DNA from: Candidatus Cloacimonadota bacterium
Lineage (GTDB): Bacteria; Cloacimonadota; Cloacimonadia; JGIOTU-2
Length of the DNA stretch: 64,000 nucleotides
NCBI GenBank assembly: GCA_049903315.1
Contig: JBNGBT010000001.1
Coordinates: forward strand, 32,001 to 96,000
Direction: 5' to 3'
The translations under genes and the position numbers were made by a program. The notes below the pieces were generated by a model that saw nothing but the letters and a program-made list of their open reading frames with translations, was not told where the DNA came from and ran no database searches. The stretch's first letter is position 1. Each line of letters opens with the position of its first letter. Below are positions 38,532 through 49,555 of this stretch, one piece after another.

Positions 38532-40926
38532 CCACTGGATTTGAATTTGCAGCTTTCAATGCCTGGAAGCTGATGGTTACTGAAGCGATTATAAGGACAA
38601 TAATAGTGGTGAGCATGAAAACGAACCAACTAATCATAATGTGATATGCAAAACTCTGGAGCCAAGATTTCATAATGAAGTATGTAGTCGGCACAGCGAT
38701 GATTATTGATAAGATGATGAGAGAGAAAAAATCTTTGGAAAGTAGCCCTATAATGCTTGGAGAAGTTGCCCCCAGCACTTTTCGTATCCCTATCTCTTTG
38801 GTTCGCTTGAGTGCACTGAATGAAGAAAGAGCAAAGAGACCTAAGCATGCGATGAAAATTGCCAGTCCTGTAAAAATGCCGAATACATTTGCAAACTGAA
38901 TGTCTTTGCGGTATTGATTATCAAAGTGCTCATCAAGGAAAAAGAATTCAAACGGATTACCCGGCAATATTTCTTTCCACATATCCTCAATTATTTCAAC
39001 TGTATTTCGAATATTTGAACCTGTAAGTTTTATAGAAAAGAAACCTTCATTTGCCTGAATAAAAGGAAATGCAAGAGGGATGATGTTTGTCTTCAAAGAC
39101 ATTTGATTAAAATCTTCGATTACTCCTTTTATAAGCAGAGTATCTTCACTAATCATTATCTTTCTTCCAATAATTTGTTCAGGATCGGAATAACCGTATC
39201 TTTTTACTGCAGATCTATTTACGATAGCTTCAGTCCTGTCTTCATGTAAACCGGGAGTAAAATTTGTTCCTGCAACGAGTTCCAGATCGTAGGATGTAAT
39301 GAAATCATGATCTATACCTACGAGATACATTACTTCAGCATCTTCTCGAGATTGGTCTTCACTATAGCTTCCCTGTCCCCAGAAAATTTCGACTCCCGGC
39401 ACATAGCTTGATGATGTAAAAGATATTACGGTCGTCAATGAAGTAATCTCCTGCTTGAAAGTTTCAATAGTTGAAACCCTGACAGAATCATCGGCAAATA
39501 CTTCAGGACCCTTCAGAACGAGTGTTTGTTCGATATCTATGCCCAGGTCTTTACTGCGGAGGTAGGAGAGCTGGGTTATAACAATGATCGTTCCAGAGAT
39601 GAGGATCACAGAAATTGTAAACTGAAAAACCACCAATATTTTTCTGAGAAGATTTCCTCGCGATGTACCGAAAAATGAACCTTTAAGAACTCGTATCGGT
39701 TTGAATGAAGAGAGTACAAAAGCCGGATAAAGCCCCGAGAGAAATGATCCAAGTAGAAAGAATAATGCTATCCATATCCAGAGACCGGAAGAGAATAAAT
39801 AGGATATGGTGATGTTTGTTCCGATTAGTTGCTTGAAAGGAGATAGGAAAGCGGCTACCAGAATAATTGCTATAATGATTGCAATAAGATTTATCAGATA
39901 TGATTCAGACAGAAATTGTTGTACGAGCTCCCTTATACTTGCTCCGGAAACTTTTCGCACACCAACTTCCTTTGCTCGTTCCATAGCTTTGGATGTTGAA
40001 AGATTAATATAATTTACCCAGGCAATGAGTAGGACGAAGAAGGCAATTATTGTTAAAAACCTTACTGCGGTGCCATCTCCGTTTTCTGCCGGTTCAGACT
40101 CTTGAAGAAGGTCGGAATATAGATGTATGCTCGTAAGAGGTTGCAGTGGGAATTCAAATCTGGCATCTCTTTGTTCAAACATTTCTCCGTGTTCGTTCCA
40201 GAGCCACTCGTCAAATTTCTTATCAAATGCCTTATAATCTGTCCCATCTGTAAGGAGCACATAAGTATTATAATCGTACCATCCCCAGGCAGTATCTACG
40301 GCATCTCCCCAGAATTCCCTGATCGTGTCATGGGAAACGAGAATGGTAAATTTGATATGGGAATTATCAGGCACATCGATGCAGACACCGGTTACTTCGA
40401 AATCTATATTCCCGTTCCATGTTATTGTCTTCCCTAAAGGATCTTCATCACCAAAGAATCGTTTAGCAGCCGATTCTGTGATAACTGCTTTATTAGGTCC
40501 TGTAAGTGCGGTTTCCGTGTCGCCCTTGGTCAATGGAAAGGAAAGCATGGTGATAAAAGACGGACCTACGACCTGCATATCTTCTTCACGAAAACTTTTA
40601 TCTCCATAGCTCACGATACCCGAAGTAGGGAATGCGCGGCAGTATTCAAGTACTTCCGGAAAGTTATCTTTCATGGCAGGTCCAACAGCAGGGACTGCTG
40701 CAGCGCACTCTACTTTTAATTCCCCATGATGATAAATATTAAATTGGACGCGATAAATATTCGAATAATTGTCATGAAATTTATCATAACTTTGTTCATA
40801 ACTCACATAGAGCATAATAAGAATGCAGATCGCCATCCCGATCGAGAGACCCAGGATGTTGATCAATGAAAAAATTTTGTTTTTTTTGATATTTCTCAAA
40901 GCAGTTTTTAGATAATATATTAACAT
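38512..40926 (-). CDS. ABC transporter permease, double MacB/FtsX type (P6)
   Basis: Start reassigned to ATG 40926 (MLIYYLKTA) after AGGAG; 804 aa. Confidence 0.92.
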   Translation of the reverse strand: MLIYYLKTALRNIKKNKIFSLINILGLSIGMAICILIMLYVSYEQSYDKFHDNYSNIYRVQFNIYHHGELKVECAAAVPAVGPAMKDNFPEVLEYCRAFPTSGIVSYGDKSFREEDMQVVGPSFITMLSFPLTKGDTETALTGPNKAVITESAAKRFFGDEDPLGKTITWNGNIDFEVTGVCIDVPDNSHIKFTILVSHDTIREFWGDAVDTAWGWYDYNTYVLLTDGTDYKAFDKKFDEWLWNEHGEMFEQRDARFEFPLQPLTSIHLYSDLLQESEPAENGDGTAVRFLTIIAFFVLLIAWVNYINLSTSKAMERAKEVGVRKVSGASIRELVQQFLSESYLINLIAIIIAIILVAAFLSPFKQLIGTNITISYLFSSGLWIWIALFFLLGSFLSGLYPAFVLSSFKPIRVLKGSFFGTSRGNLLRKILVVFQFTISVILISGTIIVITQLSYLRSKDLGIDIEQTLVLKGPEVFADDSVRVSTIETFKQEITSLTTVISFTSSSYVPGVEIFWGQGSYSEDQSREDAEVMYLVGIDHDFITSYDLELVAGTNFTPGLHEDRTEAIVNRSAVKRYGYSDPEQIIGRKIMISEDTLLIKGVIEDFNQMSLKTNIIPLAFPFIQANEGFFSIKLTGSNIRNTVEIIEDMWKEILPGNPFEFFFLDEHFDNQYRKDIQFANVFGIFTGLAIFIACLGLFALSSFSALKRTKEIGIRKVLGATSPSIIGLLSKDFFSLIILSIIIAVPTTYFIMKSWLQSFAYHIMISWFVFMLTTIIVLIIASVTISFQALKAANSNPVDSIKYE

Positions 40927-41112
40927 AATTAAAGCTCCTAACAAGATTGAGTGATCATATCTATCCTTTGTTAATATATCTGGTTATGATAATGCAGTAT
41001 TGCTGAGAAATATTAAGCAGGGAAATATCAACGATACTTTGATAAATAACACTAAAGTCTTTTTTCATGGTTTTTTTTCCAGGATAAATTAGATATCTAA
41101 TGTTTATTATTA

Positions 41113-41230
41113 ATGCATTTTTTGTGCCAAAAGTGGAAATTTCAGCAAAGCCCTTATTTTATCGTGATTGTGTTTTATACGGGACAATTATAGTGTCCGC
41201 TCATGGAACAGTAGTGTACGAGAATGAACA
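41113..41230 (-). promoter_or_regulatory. Sigma-54 (-24/-12) promoter with tandem upstream activator sites, copy B
   Basis: Minus-strand TGGCACAAAAAATGCA (GG-N10-GC). Upstream dyads TGTCCGCTCATGGAACA (41194-41210) and TGTACGAGAATGAACA (41215-41230). Confidence 0.75.
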
Positions 41231-41308
41231 CTTTTTTGTTTTCATTTTCATAGAATTTAGTTGATTATGTTTATTTATTCTATAATATATTTTTCTTCAG
41301 GTACTCCC

Positions 41309-43720
41309 TTATTCGTATTTTATTACTTCTGCAGGATTTGTGTGTGCTGCTCGTATTGTTTGGAAACTCACAGTGAGTAACGATATTATGAGCGTGATCG
41401 CAGCAGTTACAACAAAAGAGAGTATGTCTATATCAATCCTATAAGCGAAATTCTGCAACCATTTGTTCATTACAAACCAGGCAACTGGAAAGGCAATTAT
41501 GTTTGCGACGAGTACCCATCGAGTGAATTGATGAAATAGACTGAAAGTGATCTTGCTAGCACTTGCGCCGAGAACTTTTCGTATGCCAATCTCTCTAAGT
41601 TTTTGTTGGGCGGTAAAAGTAGCCAATCCATACAACCCAAGGCACGCAATGATGATAGCGAGGAAAGAGAAAATTTTAAAGAGCATTCCTGAACGGATTT
41701 CTGCGAGGTGCAGATTGTCAAAATGTTCATCCAAGAAGAAGTACTGGAAGGGTTGATTGACCGCAAGTTCTTCCCAGAGGTTTTTGATCTGGTCCAGGGT
41801 TTGAAGGATCGTTCCAGTTTTTACTCGTACGACCATGAAGTGGTTGTAACGTGTATAGGGTGGCAGCAGTAATACATTGGGTATTTCGCGCTTGAGGGAA
41901 TCAAAATGATAATCCTCTACGATGCCAATAACATTTAAATAATCATTACTACCAGAAAAATACAGCCTTGCTCCGACCGGATTCTCCAGACCGAGATTCC
42001 TTACTGCTGTCTCATTGATCACACAGGATAAAGAATCACCCATGAAATCACGGGAGTAATATCTGCCGGCTTTTAACTCGATGCCCATTGCTTCAAGATA
42101 TTCGTAATCCCCAGCAATTTGGCGGAAATGCACCATCTCCTGCGCGGTACTGCCTTCTTTCTGCATAACACTACCATCGGAGCCAGTGCCTGGAATATGG
42201 CTTGCAATGGATGCAGCAACGACACCGGGAAATTTTGCAACCTCTTCTTTAAAGGTTCCCAGCTTATCCCGTAAACTATATGCCCGTTCAATCACAAAAA
42301 CTTGTTCCTTGTTAAATCCAAGTTTCTTGTTTTGCATATATTTTATTTGATTTGAGATTACGAGGGTACAAATTATGATGATGATCGATATGGCAAACTG
42401 GAAGAGTACTAAACCATTACGCAACCATGATCTTTTTCCCCTTTTATAAATACTTCCTTTGAGTACGGTCACGATCTTAAAAGATGAAATGACCAATGCC
42501 GAATAGATGCCTGCAACTACTCCTACAACAAGAACAATGAGTAGAGATAAAGGGATGATCTCCAAGCGATGGAAATAGTGATTCAAGGGAATGTTCGAGA
42601 GGTGAGAAAAGAATGGAAGCACCATCTGGACAATAATAATCGCAAGGATCATAGAGAATAGACTATAGGTGATAGATTCCAGAAGGAGTTGTCTGAATAT
42701 CTGCCAACGATATGAACCTACAACCTTGCGAAGTCCGATTTCTTTTGCACGGGTTGCAGCCCTGGCTGTGGTAAGGTTCATGAAGTTGATGCATGCGATC
42801 AACAAAATGAAGATGGCAATAATCGTAAAAACGATTACATAGGTCATACTACCCTGAGGACCTAGATCTTCAGTTGCTCTTGGATTCAAATAAATACTTT
42901 TTACAGGATCAAGAAAGAATTCATATCTGTTTCCCGTTTTTCCCCACTCCTCAAAACCCATACCTATATCTTGCAGAACAATAGGTTCTACATGCCGGTT
43001 GCGGAAATCTGTCAGCTTTTTTTCAAATTCTTTCCATTCAGTGCCATCCTTTAGAAGGATATAGGTTGTAAGATTATCACTCAACCAATAACCATGCTGA
43101 AAGCGTTCCACCTCAATTGTGTTTGTGATAAAGTCATATTGCCAATGTGAAGTGGGAGGTGCATCCTCTATCACGCCCACGACTTCATAATCCCAGTATC
43201 CGTCATAACTCAATATTTTTCCGATCGGTGACTCATTTCCGAAGTATTTTCGTGCAATAGATTCGGTGATGAACACAGTGTTGGGACGACTCAAGTTTTC
43301 ATCGGGATTACCTGTGATGACTGGAATGGTGAAAAGATCGAAAATCGTAGAGTCTGCATAATAAACACTATTCTCTGTATGATGAACATCACCTTCGACC
43401 CAGCTGACCAGTTTATTGATGCCTTTATAAAAACGAGCCATATTTACAACTTCCGGATAGTCCTCAACAAGTGCTGGACCCATTAATCCTGAAGATGTTG
43501 TTCCTTTGCCTTCCATGTCACCCATTTTTATATCGAGACTAACCCGATACAGATTTTCATAATGCTCATTATGTTTATCAAAACTTGTCTCATGATGAAC
43601 CCAGAGCATAATAAGAATAAAACATGCCATGCCGATTGCAAGCCCGGCAATATTCAGAAAAGCGTAGATTTTGTGGCGTTTGATATTTCGCCAGGTGAGT
43701 AACAAATACTGTATAAACAT
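41309..43720 (-). CDS. ABC transporter permease, double MacB/FtsX type (P7)
   Basis: KEIGLRKVVG / REIGIRKVLG and NPAEVIKYE. Confidence 0.92.
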   Translation of the reverse strand: MFIQYLLLTWRNIKRHKIYAFLNIAGLAIGMACFILIMLWVHHETSFDKHNEHYENLYRVSLDIKMGDMEGKGTTSSGLMGPALVEDYPEVVNMARFYKGINKLVSWVEGDVHHTENSVYYADSTIFDLFTIPVITGNPDENLSRPNTVFITESIARKYFGNESPIGKILSYDGYWDYEVVGVIEDAPPTSHWQYDFITNTIEVERFQHGYWLSDNLTTYILLKDGTEWKEFEKKLTDFRNRHVEPIVLQDIGMGFEEWGKTGNRYEFFLDPVKSIYLNPRATEDLGPQGSMTYVIVFTIIAIFILLIACINFMNLTTARAATRAKEIGLRKVVGSYRWQIFRQLLLESITYSLFSMILAIIIVQMVLPFFSHLSNIPLNHYFHRLEIIPLSLLIVLVVGVVAGIYSALVISSFKIVTVLKGSIYKRGKRSWLRNGLVLFQFAISIIIIICTLVISNQIKYMQNKKLGFNKEQVFVIERAYSLRDKLGTFKEEVAKFPGVVAASIASHIPGTGSDGSVMQKEGSTAQEMVHFRQIAGDYEYLEAMGIELKAGRYYSRDFMGDSLSCVINETAVRNLGLENPVGARLYFSGSNDYLNVIGIVEDYHFDSLKREIPNVLLLPPYTRYNHFMVVRVKTGTILQTLDQIKNLWEELAVNQPFQYFFLDEHFDNLHLAEIRSGMLFKIFSFLAIIIACLGLYGLATFTAQQKLREIGIRKVLGASASKITFSLFHQFTRWVLVANIIAFPVAWFVMNKWLQNFAYRIDIDILSFVVTAAITLIISLLTVSFQTIRAAHTNPAEVIKYE

Positions 43721-43744
43721 TATACCTTCTATATAATTTATTGA

Positions 43745-44899
43745 TCAGATATTCTGAAAATGTTCTTTGACTAATTCAAAAAGATCGAATAATATGTACA
43801 TCGAATTGCCCTCTTCTGTATTATCCATAAACCCAATACAAACCTCATAATCTGGTAAATAGATACAAGCCGCAGCATAGCCAGGGGCATTTCCACTATG
43901 TCCGATTGCATTTAAATCGTTAAATAAATCTGGATTGAATTTTACTGCACCTAGCCCATATCCAGATACCATATACTCTTCACCGGTGCAAGGAGAATGG
44001 AAAGTTAACATCTGATCAAGAGATTGCTGGCTTAGTACGCCTTTATCAAAGAAAAGAGCTCGTGCCCATTTTGCCAAATCCTCGGCAGTAGAAAACACTT
44101 CACCGCCAATTCCACTTTGAAAAGCAGTTCTCGGCCATGAAAAAAAGTCATTATAAAGTCCATCGTTGTCCAAATCATACCATCCATGTGCAATATTTGC
44201 TGGGAGTGGCTCTCCCATTGAGGCAAAAGTATTATTAAGTTCGAACGGGACAAAGAAGCGATTATTATATGCTGTTGCTACATCTAAGCCGGTGATATTT
44301 TCAATAATCATACGAAGTAGAGCGTAACCAGGAATTGAAGAATAATTCCAATCAGTTCCACTGGGGAAAAGCGGCTCCTGATTAAATGCTATTATCATTT
44401 CTGCGGGTGTCCAAACTTGTGAAGGATTCTGAAATATCTCCTCCCAGAAAGCAGGATTATCTACGATATCATAAAGACCGCTGGTATGGTTGAGAAGTTG
44501 CCGGATAGTAATCGTGCTATCAACAAATGGGTATGCTGGCACCCATTCGTGAAGTGAATCATCTAGAGTAATTTCACCTTCTTCTGCAAGCTTAAGAATT
44601 GTTGCGGCGGTGAAATTCTTAACAATGCTTCCAGCACTGAACGACATGTCGGGGGTAATTTCAGTTGTTCCATGTGACACTCCGCTTACACCAGTCCACA
44701 TCTCCCCATCGGGCATGATAATAGCTGAGGAAACCCCTTTTCCAAAATATTTAATAACTCCATCGTCTAGAGCTTTTTGTAACTTTTCATAAAAAGTTAA
44801 CTCGGGTCCAGTAGCGTTTTTATTTGAACATGTGAAAAAGAATAAGACACTAATGATAAGTAAAATTATGGCTAAAGATTGTAGTTTGAAATTATTCAT
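43745..44899 (-). CDS. Lipoprotein serine hydrolase (beta-lactamase/D-Ala-D-Ala peptidase fold)
   Basis: Lipobox-like FFTCS, GSIVK (SxxK), LLNHTSG, YSS and GHSG. Overlaps the P8 stop by 8 nt. Confidence 0.88.
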   Translation of the reverse strand: MNNFKLQSLAIILLIISVLFFFTCSNKNATGPELTFYEKLQKALDDGVIKYFGKGVSSAIIMPDGEMWTGVSGVSHGTTEITPDMSFSAGSIVKNFTAATILKLAEEGEITLDDSLHEWVPAYPFVDSTITIRQLLNHTSGLYDIVDNPAFWEEIFQNPSQVWTPAEMIIAFNQEPLFPSGTDWNYSSIPGYALLRMIIENITGLDVATAYNNRFFVPFELNNTFASMGEPLPANIAHGWYDLDNDGLYNDFFSWPRTAFQSGIGGEVFSTAEDLAKWARALFFDKGVLSQQSLDQMLTFHSPCTGEEYMVSGYGLGAVKFNPDLFNDLNAIGHSGNAPGYAAACIYLPDYEVCIGFMDNTEEGNSMYILFDLFELVKEHFQNI

Positions 44900-47210
44900 A
44901 TTTAATGACCTCCGACGGATTAGTATTTGCAGCTTTAAAGGTTTGGAAACCCACTGTTAATAATGAAATGAGTAATGCAATCAATCCCGAAATGATGAAT
45001 ATCCAGAGATCAATCCCTGTTTTATACGCAAAGCCTTCCAGCCATTTTTTCATGATGATATAGGCGATCGGACTTGCAAGAATCGCCGAAAGGAGTACCC
45101 ATTTTAAGAAGTCGCCCGAAAGCAGGATAACGATCTGATGTATGGACGAGCCAAGTACTTTGCGGATACCGATTTCTCTTGTTCTTTGTTCTATCATGAA
45201 TAATGAAAGGCCAAACATGCCCATGCATGACAGGATTATTGCGAGAACAGTAAAATATCCGAATATCTTACCAAAACGAATTTCTGTCCTATAGAGCAAT
45301 GCTAAGTCGTCTTCAAGAAAAGCAATTGAAAATGGCTCAGTTGGGACAAAGTCCCTATAGGTTTTTTCAATAAATTCCAAGGTTTCATCAATGTTATAAG
45401 GAGCTAATTTTACGTTTACAATATGTGTTTCAAGAGGTGAGTTATGAACAACAATCGGTTCGATGCGATATTGTAGTTTTCTGAAAGAAAAGTCTTTCAT
45501 GATGCCTACTATCTCCAAGCCCTGAATAATATCCTGACCAATAGGATCAAGCCCCCCCCAGTCTAATTCTCTTGCTGCTGTTTCGTTTATCAGGATCGCA
45601 TTTGAGTCCGCAATGCTGTGCTTTAAGAAATCTCTTCCACGGACGATCTCAATGCCGTATGTATCAACAAAGTCTTCATCCGCAGTATAAAATTTATATG
45701 TGCCGATATCTGAACCATGCTGAAGTATCACATAGCCCAATTTTGTATAAGTATAGGAAACGGACTTGATATTGCTATTCATCAAAAGTGCATCTTTAAA
45801 CACATCCTGCTTGTCTTTGATTTCTTCTGTTTGGTTGAAATTGACGATCAGGTCTTTATCAAAACCAAGATCCTTGTGAGAAATAAAATTCAGCTGCTTG
45901 TAAATGATGATAGTTCCAATAATAAGGAATATTGCGACGACGAATTGGATGACAGTCAAAGCTTTTCGTATTACAGTACCTTTATTGCCCTTGACCTGTT
46001 CTCTTCGTAAAGCGCTGATGGGAAGTATCGAATTATAGTATATCGCTGGATATAAGCCTGCTAAGATACCTAACAGGAAAACGAAAACAAAGTAGAGTAC
46101 CACATTGATCGGAGTTACAATCGATGAGTGAATTCTAAATAAATTCTTCAATCCGGGAAAGAGTAATGAAATTATTACTAATGCGAGCAATGATGCAATA
46201 AAACAAATGACAACGGACTCACCTAAAAACTGAAACAATATATTGCTTCTTCGCGCTCCGAGTGTTTTTCTCATCCCGATCTCTTTTGCTCTTTTCGTTG
46301 CTTTTGCTGTGGATAGGTTAACAAAATTGATACATACGATAAGGATAATAAATATTCCTGAAGCAAAGAAGATTTTCACTGTTTGTTCATTGCCGTGAAG
46401 ACTATAATCAAATTTACTGTCATCAAAATATACGTCTTTGAGTGGTGAAATAAAAAAGGTTGTAACGCGTTGGTCTTCCTCTATCCAGCTTGTATGTTCG
46501 TCGTTGAGAAAGAAATCTTCCATTTTTGCCATGAACTTGGATTGATTGACATTTTCATTTACAAGCAGATAGGTCACATAGTTGCTGAAATACCACTCCT
46601 GATCATCCCATCCCCAGCTTTGAATAGTGAAATCGAAAGAAATGATGCCATCGTTAAAAACCAGCGAACTCCTTGTAGGTGGATCTTTGATAATAGCTGT
46701 TACTGTAAGACCATATTCGTCTTCAATGTCAATTATCTGCCCGATGGGATCTTCGTCGCCAAATAATTTCTTGCTGAAGGATTCGGATAATACAATTGAG
46801 TTTGGATCAGATAGTGCGGTTTGAAGATTTCCAGAAACAGCTTGAAGAGAGAAGATGTCGAAAATCGAGGGATCTGCTATACAGAATGTGCTGTTAATAG
46901 ACTCATGATTAAGAACTATATATGTTCTTAAGTAAGGATAGAGCCTGGCAGTTGTATCAATTTCCGGGATTTGTTCTTTGAGATATGCAGCAAGAGCAAG
47001 AGGTGTGACACCATATTTATCGTTTACATTTGGACGGTAGATACGTTCGTAATTTTCATTATATTTGTCAGCATTCGTTTCGTAAGATACATAGAATATT
47101 ATCAAAGAAAATACGGCGATTCCAACAGCTAAACCGATAATATTTATCAATGAGAAACTTTTATGCTTCCAGATTGTACGCAATGTCGTCTTAAGATAAT
47201 TTTTTAGCAG
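44892..47210 (-). CDS. ABC transporter permease, double MacB/FtsX type (P8); probable CTG start
   Basis: GGAGG-TTATT-CTG CTA AAA AAT TAT restores the conserved (M)LKNYLK N-terminus. Ends NPSEVIKYE. Confidence 0.88.
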   Translation of the reverse strand: MLKNYLKTTLRTIWKHKSFSLINIIGLAVGIAVFSLIIFYVSYETNADKYNENYERIYRPNVNDKYGVTPLALAAYLKEQIPEIDTTARLYPYLRTYIVLNHESINSTFCIADPSIFDIFSLQAVSGNLQTALSDPNSIVLSESFSKKLFGDEDPIGQIIDIEDEYGLTVTAIIKDPPTRSSLVFNDGIISFDFTIQSWGWDDQEWYFSNYVTYLLVNENVNQSKFMAKMEDFFLNDEHTSWIEEDQRVTTFFISPLKDVYFDDSKFDYSLHGNEQTVKIFFASGIFIILIVCINFVNLSTAKATKRAKEIGMRKTLGARRSNILFQFLGESVVICFIASLLALVIISLLFPGLKNLFRIHSSIVTPINVVLYFVFVFLLGILAGLYPAIYYNSILPISALRREQVKGNKGTVIRKALTVIQFVVAIFLIIGTIIIYKQLNFISHKDLGFDKDLIVNFNQTEEIKDKQDVFKDALLMNSNIKSVSYTYTKLGYVILQHGSDIGTYKFYTADEDFVDTYGIEIVRGRDFLKHSIADSNAILINETAARELDWGGLDPIGQDIIQGLEIVGIMKDFSFRKLQYRIEPIVVHNSPLETHIVNVKLAPYNIDETLEFIEKTYRDFVPTEPFSIAFLEDDLALLYRTEIRFGKIFGYFTVLAIILSCMGMFGLSLFMIEQRTREIGIRKVLGSSIHQIVILLSGDFLKWVLLSAILASPIAYIIMKKWLEGFAYKTGIDLWIFIISGLIALLISLLTVGFQTFKAANTNPSEVIKYE

Positions 47211-47219
47211 AATAACCTC

Positions 47220-49547
47220 CTATTCATATTTCAGCGATTTTACCGGATTTGAATTTGCTGCTTTTATCGTTTTGAAGCTGATCGTAAGAAGAGCAATAAG
47301 CATACTCAAGAATCCAGAGATAATGAAGATGAATGGATTGATAGAAGTACTATATGCAAACCCTTGCAACCATTTGCTCATGAAATACCAGGCAGCAGGC
47401 CAAGCGATAATATTTGCGATAAATATCCATCGAACGAATTGGCGGGAAAGCAACCAGATGATACCGGTTACAGTCGATCCCATTGCTCGTCGGATTCCTA
47501 TTTCGAGTTTTTTCTGCTCTGCAAGAAAAGAGACAAGTCCGAAAAGTCCAAGACATGCAATGAAAATACCAAGTCCTGCAAATACACGGAAAAGTACACC
47601 AGCCCTGACCTCTTCTTTGTAGGTTAAATTGAAGATTTCATCAAGAAATCTGTATTCAAATGGAAAGTCGGGACATACTTCATTCCAAACTCGCTTAACT
47701 GAGCGAATTGCATCTTCTACATTAATATTTGATAGCTTAATAAGTGTAAAATAATAATAATCAGGTATGTTTACTACGATTAACGGTTCGCATTCATACG
47801 TTAGGGGAAGAGAATTGAAATTATTAATAACTCCAATTATTGTCCATCCTTCGTCACCAAATTTCAGCCCGATCGGATCCTCAACCTGCATCATTTCCAA
47901 AGCAGCTTCGTTGATAAGAACCGAATTCTCATCAGTTTTCATATCGTCCGAAAAGCTCCTTCCTTCGAGTAGTTTCAGATCAAGCGTTTCTAGGATATTT
48001 TTATCTGCAGATAAAAAAGCAAAGGCAGAACCTTCATCTGTTTGCTTACCCTCCCAGGTAATACCTCTCATAATGGACCACACTTCTGTGGGAATGCTGG
48101 AAACCCGTGAGATTTGGGAAATTCCTGATATCTGCTCGCATGACTGTTTGAATACATCAAACTTTTCATCCAGGTCTCTGTTCAATCTAAGATAGAGAAG
48201 GTTGTCTTTATTAAAACCAAGATCCTTGTTCTTCATATAATTGAGTTGCGAATAGATTATGCCCGTACCGATGATCAATGTTACAGCAAGAGTGAACTGT
48301 ATCACAACGATAACTGTTCGAAGTGAAAGCCCTTTGACAAATGAGGTCGAGCCGGATTTAAAGATCTTTGCCGGCGCAAAAGAGGAAAGAGCAAAGGCAG
48401 GATAGCTTCCGGCAATAATACCCACTCCGAATAGAATGATCGCATAGAGCTGCAAAATATTTGAATTGAAAACAGAGAATACAATTTTCCTGCCTACGAT
48501 CTGCTCGAAAATCGGAAGGGAAAGCTCTATCAAGAGGAATGATAGAATACATGCAATGAAGGTATAGATGATCGATTCACCAATGAATTGCAAGACGAGT
48601 GAACGTTTTTGTGCACCAGAGATTTTTCGCACACCCACTTCACGTGCACGTTTGGTTGCTTGTGCAGTAGCAAGATTCATAAAGTTTATGCATGCGATGA
48701 TAAGGATCAGCACAGCGATACTGATAAATATATAAATATATTTCTGAGTTGTTGGTTTACCTTCAACAGAGTACAAATGTATATTTCTTAAGGATTGCAA
48801 TCTTGCGCCGGATTGTTCCTCAAGGTTGTCCTTAAAGAGCTGATCAACTTTTGCTTGTAAAGCTTCGATGTCCGTTCCTGGTTTTGTGAGGATAAAGGTC
48901 TGCATCCAGTGTGAGTACCAATTATTATAATCTTCCATATCAGCTGCAGTATCAAGATGAAGTATGAAATTAAATTCATAGTCCGAAAGTAGTGGAATAT
49001 CTTCATACACTGCAGTGACCGGGAGCTCTTCAGAATTGTTCAGGGTAAGTATCTTCCCGATAGGGGATTTATCACCGAAATATTTTTGTGCTGAGGATCG
49101 AGAAATAGCAATAGAATGAACATCTCTGATCGGTTGTATCTTATCTCCATCTATAATACTAATCGTAAAGATATTAAAGATAGAAGGTGATGCTCGGCAC
49201 ACACCTCTCTCACGAAATACTTTATCGTCATATTTAATAATTGCTGAAGATTCATACAAATGTGTCGCATCGATCACTTCCGGATAACCATCCCGAACAG
49301 ATTGTTCAAGGGGATAGGGAGTAGAATAATTAATATTCTCCTCTCCGTTCATCGTGTAAACTTTGTTTATTCTGTAAATATCATCAATATGCTCATTGTG
49401 TGTATTGAAACTCTTCTCTTCCTGAGTGATCACAAATATCATTACTGCACAAGCGATACCGACAGCAAGCCCAATAATATTAATGAAAGAATAAATTTTA
49501 TAGCGTTTAATGTTTCTTAGGGCTGTTTTGAGATAATTTTTAAACAT
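47220..49547 (-). CDS. ABC transporter permease, double MacB/FtsX type (P9)
   Basis: MFKNYLKTA..., REVGVRK and NPVKSLKYE. Confidence 0.92.
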   Translation of the reverse strand: MFKNYLKTALRNIKRYKIYSFINIIGLAVGIACAVMIFVITQEEKSFNTHNEHIDDIYRINKVYTMNGEENINYSTPYPLEQSVRDGYPEVIDATHLYESSAIIKYDDKVFRERGVCRASPSIFNIFTISIIDGDKIQPIRDVHSIAISRSSAQKYFGDKSPIGKILTLNNSEELPVTAVYEDIPLLSDYEFNFILHLDTAADMEDYNNWYSHWMQTFILTKPGTDIEALQAKVDQLFKDNLEEQSGARLQSLRNIHLYSVEGKPTTQKYIYIFISIAVLILIIACINFMNLATAQATKRAREVGVRKISGAQKRSLVLQFIGESIIYTFIACILSFLLIELSLPIFEQIVGRKIVFSVFNSNILQLYAIILFGVGIIAGSYPAFALSSFAPAKIFKSGSTSFVKGLSLRTVIVVIQFTLAVTLIIGTGIIYSQLNYMKNKDLGFNKDNLLYLRLNRDLDEKFDVFKQSCEQISGISQISRVSSIPTEVWSIMRGITWEGKQTDEGSAFAFLSADKNILETLDLKLLEGRSFSDDMKTDENSVLINEAALEMMQVEDPIGLKFGDEGWTIIGVINNFNSLPLTYECEPLIVVNIPDYYYFTLIKLSNINVEDAIRSVKRVWNEVCPDFPFEYRFLDEIFNLTYKEEVRAGVLFRVFAGLGIFIACLGLFGLVSFLAEQKKLEIGIRRAMGSTVTGIIWLLSRQFVRWIFIANIIAWPAAWYFMSKWLQGFAYSTSINPFIFIISGFLSMLIALLTISFKTIKAANSNPVKSLKYE

Positions 49548-49555
49548 GAAGTTCC

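Noticed and set aside
36146..38629. Long N-terminal extensions of P4 and P5 in the ORF track (both ending FYKIRIGASC)
   Set aside because: They are alternative-frame read-through of the upstream gene's tail. Their similarity only reflects the 48-bp repeat, and the RBS and family N-terminus mark the downstream ATGs.
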